64,000 nucleotides of DNA from NCBI GenBank assembly GCA_027622665.1, contig JAQBYT010000010.1:32001-96000 (forward strand). Direction: 5' to 3'. Below, piece by piece: positions 57,535-64,000 of this stretch. How positions within the stretch are numbered: position 1 is the first letter of the stretch; every line of letters starts with the position of its first letter. The position numbers were made by a program, and so were the translations under genes. The notes beneath the pieces were generated by a model that worked only from the letters and a program-made list of their open reading frames with translations, was not told the origin of the DNA and did no database searches. This DNA is from Verrucomicrobiota bacterium (lineage in GTDB: Bacteria; Verrucomicrobiota; Verrucomicrobiia; Opitutales; Seribacteraceae).

Positions 57535-59589
57535 TTATTTACCTGCCAGTTCAATTGTAACCTTATTGGAAAAAACACGCATATAACGAGCATTCTCAAG
57601 TTCCCCAAGGACAGAGGCTGAAACCACAATTTCACCACCCGGAATTGCGTTCTTTGGGATATTTAATTTCAGGATAGAAAAACCTTTTTCTTCATCGAGA
57701 TCCTGAGCTTTGACTGGAACCTTCCATTCTTGGGGAAACCCATGCCAAGAAGTTTTCGGCTTTAGGAAACGGAAAGATTTGTCCTTCTTTTTCAAGAAAA
57801 CCTTAATCTCTACTACATCCCCGGGTTTTCCGCTTATTGGATCTAGAAACACCTCAATCTTCCTTGGCATAACAAACAAAGGGATTCGATTAATCAATTC
57901 TACGGGAGGAAATAAAATATTTGGCAGAACGTTCTGGAAGGCTGACGTAAAGTCGAGAACGTCGGTCCACTCCTGTGGAGTATCGCCCTCTTTGGAGTAA
58001 GAAGCGCGCAGACGCAGTAAATCCCATTCGCCAGGTTTCATGGCTTCGGGCACATGAATTTCAAAGTCAAAATTGCCCTTTTCCTTGCCAATGTCGGAAG
58101 AACCGAAAACCTCGTAATCCCCACGGTCACCAAATGGAGTTAAGCCAATGGTTTCATTGAAACTTTTACGCAGGGTCTTGAGTTTCAGTGTGACGGTCGA
58201 ACCAGGTTGGCCGGAGACAGTCAAGTGAGGAGCTTTTCCTGCATCCCAATGAAAACTAAGCGGTGTAGCCTGAATATGGGCGGAAATGGAATAGTAATAA
58301 GCCGGAGTCCCACGACCAGCCAATTCACTGACACGAAGAAAGACACGCCCATCTGCAGGCGCTACATGGCGAAGAGGTTCCTCGACTGAGTTACCCTCCC
58401 CTGCGGAAGCCAGAATCCGGCCTTTTTCATCCTGCAGAGAAAGCAAAAGAAAAGAAGGTGATCCCAGGCTGCGGCAGAAAGGACGGAAATGCAGATACTG
58501 CCCCTTCTTTAAGTCGAAAGCGTAGATATCGACGTCATCCGGCATTTGCAAACGCCCATTGAGGGTTACGGAGGATTCAATCAAATGGGCTTCAGAAAAT
58601 TGATTATTTGGTTCCTTCTCGATAAATTGAGGCTCTTCCACCAGTCGCAGTGGAACAAAGCCGGATGCATTATGTTCACTACCCCTAAAACCAAGACTGT
58701 GCCGGGATGGTGTGCCGTAAAGACCAGATGCCCGGGTGGATCGGGAAAGTGAGGTTTCTCCTGAAGAGTCCACGGATACAAAGGATGTCTCTATCCCTGC
58801 CTGAGCAACCATTGGAAAGGCAGCCATTGGTAATGGGAAATTGCCGACCCGCAATCGATAGAACTTACCACCCTGATAGCGAACTTCCCTAACCTCAATA
58901 TAGGCTGTTTCATCCTTGCTGAAAACATGAGCTAATCGAGGGTCCTTACCGGATCCCGGTTCATCATCGGAGGCAGCGAGAATCCGTCCACTTGCATCCA
59001 ACAGCTTAAGAACAGCATCCACATCCTCCCCAAGGCGACTGCCTATAACTTCAATGGCAATCCGTTGACCGGACCTAGCTTTCAACTTGTAATAGTGAAC
59101 GTCAAGATTTGGAGTCTTCGACTCAATGCCAAGCGGTGGATCTAGGAGAACTGAATCGTGGCGGCGAGTGGTGGGTTCCACCTTGCGAGTCGGCAGATCA
59201 TCGACAAGAAAAAGGATCGGGGGAGTGATACCCATAGAGGTCACCAAGCGAAGCCAACCCACACCCACTTGGACATCCTCCTTCAATGACACCTTCAGGC
59301 GAACCTTGTTTCTGGGCTGTGCACCCAAGCCATCCGCAGGTGGCTTGGGTTCCTCACTAATAATTTCCTGCCGACAGGGGAAGGAAGCAAGTATCACCAA
59401 ATCACCATCACCAGAAAAGCCGAGATTCTTGCCGGTAAATTCAAGTTCAACTGGCTCGCCAACAATTACCGTCCTTGGTGAAACTGATGAAATTTGCTGA
59501 GCCCCAACCAACGGAGGCAGGATAACGATCATGAACAAGCCGAAGTGAACTCGCAGGTTCTCCACTTTCGAGTAAAGAAAAGCACACAT
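57535..59589 (-). CDS. PPC (pre-peptidase C-terminal-like) multi-beta-sandwich secreted protein
   Basis: YKLKARSGQRIAIEVIGSRLG..DAVL.L.D, DPRL, YRLRVG, EKEPNN, LNGRL...DVDIYAF. Start uncertain. Confidence 0.75.
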   Translation of the reverse strand: MCAFLYSKVENLRVHFGLFMIVILPPLVGAQQISSVSPRTVIVGEPVELEFTGKNLGFSGDGDLVILASFPCRQEIISEEPKPPADGLGAQPRNKVRLKVSLKEDVQVGVGWLRLVTSMGITPPILFLVDDLPTRKVEPTTRRHDSVLLDPPLGIESKTPNLDVHYYKLKARSGQRIAIEVIGSRLGEDVDAVLKLLDASGRILAASDDEPGSGKDPRLAHVFSKDETAYIEVREVRYQGGKFYRLRVGNFPLPMAAFPMVAQAGIETSFVSVDSSGETSLSRSTRASGLYGTPSRHSLGFRGSEHNASGFVPLRLVEEPQFIEKEPNNQFSEAHLIESSVTLNGRLQMPDDVDIYAFDLKKGQYLHFRPFCRSLGSPSFLLLSLQDEKGRILASAGEGNSVEEPLRHVAPADGRVFLRVSELAGRGTPAYYYSISAHIQATPLSFHWDAGKAPHLTVSGQPGSTVTLKLKTLRKSFNETIGLTPFGDRGDYEVFGSSDIGKEKGNFDFEIHVPEAMKPGEWDLLRLRASYSKEGDTPQEWTDVLDFTSAFQNVLPNILFPPVELINRIPLFVMPRKIEVFLDPISGKPGDVVEIKVFLKKKDKSFRFLKPKTSWHGFPQEWKVPVKAQDLDEEKGFSILKLNIPKNAIPGGEIVVSASVLGELENARYMRVFSNKVTIELAGK

Positions 59590-59601
59590 CGGTATCGATG
59601 G

Positions 59602-60501
59602 TTAAGGGTTCGCGGTAATCTTGCCCGAAGACGGGACTTTCACCATGTAGAGATCAAACTTCCCTTTGCGTTCTGAGACAATGGCCAGTTGCTTGCCATC
59701 CGGATGCCATGCCGGGTAGTCATCGCGCTCCTCACTATCAGTTACCCGCCTTACATTGGCCCCGTCAATGTTCATCACGTAAACATTGTAAAAACCATTC
59801 CGTAAGCTGGTAAAGGCAATCTGCTTTCCATCCGGTGATACAACCGGGCGGATATCCATGATGGTATTCTCCGTCAGCCTTTTCTCGTTGGATCCACCAG
59901 CATCCATGGAGTAAATCTCGTAGTTATTCTCCCGGGTATTGGAGAAAATAATAGTCTTTCCGTCAGGGGTGAATGAAGGCCAGTTGGAAATACCTTCACA
60001 CTGGGTCAACTGCTTCTTGTTCTTGGCCTCCATGTCCACCGACCATAATTGCTGGGGGCCCTTCTCCGCAAAGGCGTAGACGACAACGGAATTATCCGGT
60101 GCAAAGGCAGGACTGCGTGTGCCTCCACGACCACTGTGCTTAACGAAGTAATCCTTTTTATCCACCAAATCCTTGATAACAAATTGAGCCGTCAGGTTAC
60201 CTATGCACTCGGTGTAGGAAACATATCGACCGTCCTGGGAAAAAGCCACCTCCACATGGTGACGGTTGGCACTTTCGTAATAAGGTTTGGTCTCGAGAGT
60301 CTCGAGATCGATCTGCCAGAGACGAATGAGGTCGCGGTTTTCATCAACACCATAAACCAAGGTGGTTCCACCATCAATGAAGGCGGGATCACGCTTGTTC
60401 GATCCATCGGTCGTGAGCGGAATGGGCTTGGCGGATAAAAACCCTGCAGTTATCAAACCAACGAGCTGTAAACAGCCCCCCGAAAAACTATAAAAGTTCA
60501 T
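59602..60501 (-). CDS. TolB-like PD40-repeat beta-propeller protein
   Basis: SPAFAPD, WPSFTPDGK.IIFS...NYEIYSM, RPVVSPDGKQIAFTS.RNG, YPAWHPDGK. Confidence 0.85.
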   Translation of the reverse strand: MNFYSFSGGCLQLVGLITAGFLSAKPIPLTTDGSNKRDPAFIDGGTTLVYGVDENRDLIRLWQIDLETLETKPYYESANRHHVEVAFSQDGRYVSYTECIGNLTAQFVIKDLVDKKDYFVKHSGRGGTRSPAFAPDNSVVVYAFAEKGPQQLWSVDMEAKNKKQLTQCEGISNWPSFTPDGKTIIFSNTRENNYEIYSMDAGGSNEKRLTENTIMDIRPVVSPDGKQIAFTSLRNGFYNVYVMNIDGANVRRVTDSEERDDYPAWHPDGKQLAIVSERKGKFDLYMVKVPSSGKITANP

Positions 60502-61837
60502 GAATGATTTTTCCTCCGTCCAGCACATTCATCTCCGCCCTCTCCCTTGCACCTATACCACTTAGCTCGGCAATGGTGGTACCCATCATGAGGGGGGTTA
60601 TGGGTTCGGTCACTGGATGTTCGCCCCGTTTATCACTCTCCCCAATGACGCGACCAGGTTGAATCCCCGCTCCTGCCCAGACTGAAAAGTAACAATCCTT
60701 ATGGTGCTCTCGGGCAGCTCGATTGCTGATCTTTGGGGTACGTCCAAACTCGCCTGTGGCAATAACTAGCGTGTCCTCAAGAAGTCCACGGCTGTTCATG
60801 TCATCCAGAAGGGCGGAAAAGGCCCGGTCGAAGATTGGGCAATGCCTATCCTGCAAAAGCTCAAAATTATAAATGTGGGTGTCCCATCCAAAGTCCCCGT
60901 TGGGGGTGAAGGTCTCCACATACTCGCTCCAGTTTACCTGCACATAAGGTACGCCGGTTTCCACCAGTCGACGGGCAAGAAGGCAACTTTGCCCGAATGA
61001 GGTTTGTCCATAAGCATCACGGGTGGACTGGGATTCGGTCGTGAGGTCAAAAGAATCTCGGGCCTTTGGGTCTGTCAACAAACCGTATGCCGCATGATGA
61101 GCCTGGTTCCATCCAGCTACACCAGCACCCTCCAAAGTGCGACTTGTGTCGTCCAGTTGAGCCATCAACCTGCGCCGGTCATGAATTCGGTTGGGCGTCA
61201 TTCCGGACAATAGATCCAGAGTGGGTATGCCCACCTTTCCATTCTCGGAGCAACTAACAAGGAAAGGATCGTATGCCTTGCCAAGGGTGCCTCCACCGTA
61301 ACCCTCAATTCTCCGGGGCAAATCCCGTGGAATACCTTGACCCAAGTAGAAGAACGGAGGCAAGGCACCCGAACGCCCACGATGCTTGGATACAATCGAT
61401 CCGAAATTAGGATGTACTGTCGGGTTTTCCTCATACCCGGTGAGGCCCACTGTCCCCGCGCCGGGATGTCCCCCGTTGGTGGTTTGCATCGATCGAATCA
61501 CGGAATAAAGATGGCTTCGCTTGGCCAGTTGAGGTAGCAGCTCAGTCACTTGAAGCCCATCTGTCTTTGTGGGTATGACCCCAAACGGCCCTCGATATTC
61601 CATCGGGGCATCCGGTTTCGGGTCGAAGGTATCGATGTGACTTGGACCACCCCACAACCAGAGAAGGATGACGGACTTGGCCTTGGCACGATCTCCCAGT
61701 TTACGCGCAGCCTCCAAATCGAGCCCGCCATAACCGGCGCCAAATGCAAAAGGTAAGGCTGATGCCGTCTTCAGGAAAGATCGCCGACCAATTCCATTTT
61801 CACAATCTCTTGTTTTGAAATTTCCGAAATCTAACAT
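60488..61837 (-). CDS. DUF1501 protein (second subfamily, Tat signal)
   Basis: IGRRSFL, SVILLWLWGGPSHIDTFDPKP, GHPGA, GWDTH, GEFGRTP, AREHH. Confidence 0.9.
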   Translation of the reverse strand: MLDFGNFKTRDCENGIGRRSFLKTASALPFAFGAGYGGLDLEAARKLGDRAKAKSVILLWLWGGPSHIDTFDPKPDAPMEYRGPFGVIPTKTDGLQVTELLPQLAKRSHLYSVIRSMQTTNGGHPGAGTVGLTGYEENPTVHPNFGSIVSKHRGRSGALPPFFYLGQGIPRDLPRRIEGYGGGTLGKAYDPFLVSCSENGKVGIPTLDLLSGMTPNRIHDRRRLMAQLDDTSRTLEGAGVAGWNQAHHAAYGLLTDPKARDSFDLTTESQSTRDAYGQTSFGQSCLLARRLVETGVPYVQVNWSEYVETFTPNGDFGWDTHIYNFELLQDRHCPIFDRAFSALLDDMNSRGLLEDTLVIATGEFGRTPKISNRAAREHHKDCYFSVWAGAGIQPGRVIGESDKRGEHPVTEPITPLMMGTTIAELSGIGARERAEMNVLDGGKIIHELL

Positions 61838-61884
61838 TTCAGATACATTAGGCGTATCGTAAAAAAAAGTATAGAATAAACAGC

Positions 61885-63348
61885 CTAAACCAAGACATTT
61901 TTCACAACGCGTCCGTGTACATCTGTGAGCCGAAAGTGTCTTCCTTGGTACTTGTAGGTGAGGCGCTCATGGTCGATTCCGAGCAGATGCAGGATAGTTG
62001 CGTGGAAATCGTGCACGTGGACCCCGTTCTCGGCGACGTTGTAGCTGTATTCGTCGGTGCGTCCGTAGGAGAAGCCTGGCTTGGCGCCGCCTCCGGCCAT
62101 CCAGATGGAGAAGCAGCGGGGATGGTGATCGCGACCGAAGTTCTTTGCGTCGAACTTGCCTTGGCAATAGTTGGTGCGCCCAAACTCCCCTCCCCAAACG
62201 ACTAAGGTGTCTTCCAGCATGCCGCGTGCCTTCAGGTCGGTAACGAGGGCGGCAGATGCTTGGTCGGTTTCCTTGCACTGGCGGCGGATTCCTCCGGGCA
62301 GACCACCATGCTGGTCCCACCCTGGGTGGTAAAGTTGAATGAAACGAACATCTTGTTCGGCCAATCGGCGAGCAAGTAGGCAGTTGGCGGCGAAAGTCCC
62401 CGGCTTACGGGCATCTTGGCCATAGAGCTGGAAGGTCGAGTCCGGTTCTTTGCCAAGGTTGGTCACCTCGGGAATGGATGATTGCATCCTGTAACCCATC
62501 TCATATTGCGCGATGCGTGTTTCCAACCTGGGGTCTCCCGTTCGTTCCAGCTGCAATTCGTGAAGATCCTTGAGGCGATCGAGCATCTTTCTCCGTCCCT
62601 CGGAGGATACGCCCTTGGGGCTGTTGAGGTAGAGGATAGCGTCTTTGTCGGGCCGAAACCTCGTGCCGGCATGTTTACCGGGAAGAAAGCCGCTTCCCCA
62701 GAGGCGTGACACCAGTGGTTGCCCCCCTTTGTTCTTGGTCACCAAGGTGACGAAGTTGGGCAGGTTTTGGTTCATCGTGCCGAGTCCGTGGGAGAGCCAT
62801 GCGCCCATGCTGGGCCGTCCCGGAAACTGAGAACCTGTCTGCATAAAGGTCACTCCGGGCCCATGGTTAATAGCCTCGGTGTACATTGATTTCACGATGC
62901 AAAGATCGTCGGCGATTTTAGCCGTTTCGGGAAGCAGGTCGCTCATCCAGTGGCCACTCTTTCCGTGTTGGGAAAACTTGAAAGGTGAACCGACCAGAGG
63001 CAAGCTTGCCTGATTACCCGACATGCCGGTCAAGCGCTGCCCCTTGCGAATCGAGTCTGGGAGTTCCTTACCGGTTTCCTTGATCAATCGTGGCTTGTGA
63101 TCGAATAAGTCGATTTGGGAAGGAGCCCCTGACTGGAACAGAAAGATCACGCGCTTGGCCTTGGCCGCATGATGGAGACCGTTTCCGGTTTCGGCATGCA
63201 GCATATTGGCGAGGGCGATTCCGCCCAAGCCGCCCCCGAAGCGTTGCAGAAAGCCCCGACGGTCAAGCCCGAGGGCGGATTCGAATCCCGTGCATTTGGA
63301 TGAATGTTTTATGTCAATGGGAGTTTTACCGTTTGGAGATGCTTGCAT
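61885..63348 (-). CDS. DUF1501 protein (Tat signal)
   Basis: LDRRGFL, GAPSQIDLFDHKP, NHGPG, GWDQH, GEFGRT, GRDHHP, GRHFRLTDVHG. Confidence 0.9.
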   Translation of the reverse strand: MQASPNGKTPIDIKHSSKCTGFESALGLDRRGFLQRFGGGLGGIALANMLHAETGNGLHHAAKAKRVIFLFQSGAPSQIDLFDHKPRLIKETGKELPDSIRKGQRLTGMSGNQASLPLVGSPFKFSQHGKSGHWMSDLLPETAKIADDLCIVKSMYTEAINHGPGVTFMQTGSQFPGRPSMGAWLSHGLGTMNQNLPNFVTLVTKNKGGQPLVSRLWGSGFLPGKHAGTRFRPDKDAILYLNSPKGVSSEGRRKMLDRLKDLHELQLERTGDPRLETRIAQYEMGYRMQSSIPEVTNLGKEPDSTFQLYGQDARKPGTFAANCLLARRLAEQDVRFIQLYHPGWDQHGGLPGGIRRQCKETDQASAALVTDLKARGMLEDTLVVWGGEFGRTNYCQGKFDAKNFGRDHHPRCFSIWMAGGGAKPGFSYGRTDEYSYNVAENGVHVHDFHATILHLLGIDHERLTYKYQGRHFRLTDVHGRVVKNVLV

Positions 63349-64000
63349 CGAAGTTCATGAGGGCCGAAATTAGCATAGTGACTGCGGCGAGGTGAGTCGG
63401 ATCGTCCGTTTTCGTCTTGAATTCGCCAGTCAACTGCGGTCTGTGAGTGAAGAATTCCTTGGCCTTGGACAGGTCGGAGAAGACCACTTTTTGTTCGGCC
63501 AGCAATTGGTAGAGAATCTTGAGTTCCTGCTTCTCGGGCTTTCGACTGGTAAGTAGGCGGAAGGCATGGGCCACGAGTTTGTCGTCTTTTTGCTTTCCGA
63601 ACTTATCCACCAGCTTATGGGCGGTTACCCGGGCCGCTTCGACAAATTGGGGGCCATTGAGCAGAACAAGAGTTTGGGAGGGAGAGTCCGTTCGTTCTCG
63701 CCGCACCATGCAGACGTCACGTTTCGAGGAGTCAAAGGTCATCATCACGGGAGCCGGGGCAGTTCTCTTCCAGAAAGTATAAACGCTCCGGCAATACACG
63801 TTGGGCGCCCGGTCAGGGTTGATGACCTTAAAGGAAACCTTAAGGTCATAGGGCTTCACGCCCGGGCCTCCCTTCTTGCGGTGGAGCAAACCACTGACCG
63901 CCAGCGCGGAGTCCCGCACCATTTCGGCGGGAAGACGGTAGGCAGGGCCTCGTGAAAGCAAAAGGTTTTCCGGGTCGAGGTCCCTGTCCGTGCGAGTGAG
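63326..64000 (-). CDS. DUF1553 C-terminal part of a PSD1-type protein (5' end outside the window)
   Basis: DPEN.LLSRGP.YRLPAEMVRDSALAVSG, RSVYTFWKRT, C.VRRERTDSP.Q.L.LLN. Confidence 0.85.
   Translation of the reverse strand, partial: LTRTDRDLDPENLLLSRGPAYRLPAEMVRDSALAVSGLLHRKKGGPGVKPYDLKVSFKVINPDRAPNVYCRSVYTFWKRTAPAPVMMTFDSSKRDVCMVRRERTDSPSQTLVLLNGPQFVEAARVTAHKLVDKFGKQKDDKLVAHAFRLLTSRKPEKQELKILYQLLAEQKVVFSDLSKAKEFFTHRPQLTGEFKTKTDDPTHLAAVTMLISALMNFDASISKR

Noticed and set aside
1..64000. rRNA, tRNA, riboswitch, transposase, integrase or prophage
   Set aside because: No recognisable signature in intergenic regions or ORFs; a covariance-model scan would be needed to exclude small RNAs.

Overview
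PVC-superphylum DNA, probably Verrucomicrobiota (inferred from gene families), rich in secreted or periplasmic proteins of unknown function. I found no rRNA, tRNA, CRISPR array, transposase or integrase. The left half (mostly + strand) holds a decayed DUF1549/sulfatase chimera, a PVC propeller-HEAT protein, deoC plus an aldehyde dehydrogenase pair and a Phd/VapC toxin-antitoxin pair. It continues with a DUF3500/Gfo-Idh-MocA/HEAT/DUF1080 cluster, an M20 hydrolase, a 1726-aa pilin-like (PilX/GspK-type) protein with a secreted neighbour, and a GntP/glucarate-dehydratase-family/kdgD cluster coupled to a heme-c lipoprotein. A pseudogene patch lies at about 28.6-31.7 kb. The right half (mostly - strand) is dominated by an uncharacterised module: CxxCH-bearing DUF1549/DUF1553 (PSD1-type) proteins coupled to Tat-exported DUF1501 proteins. 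There are three tandem pairs, a fourth cut by the window edge, and a five-gene DUF1501-PD40-PPC-DUF1549/1553-cytochrome/WD40 variant. This module is the best candidate for an undescribed system. Several deletion-fused relic genes suggest ongoing loss of these paralogous modules. All family calls come from reading motifs, not from database searches.
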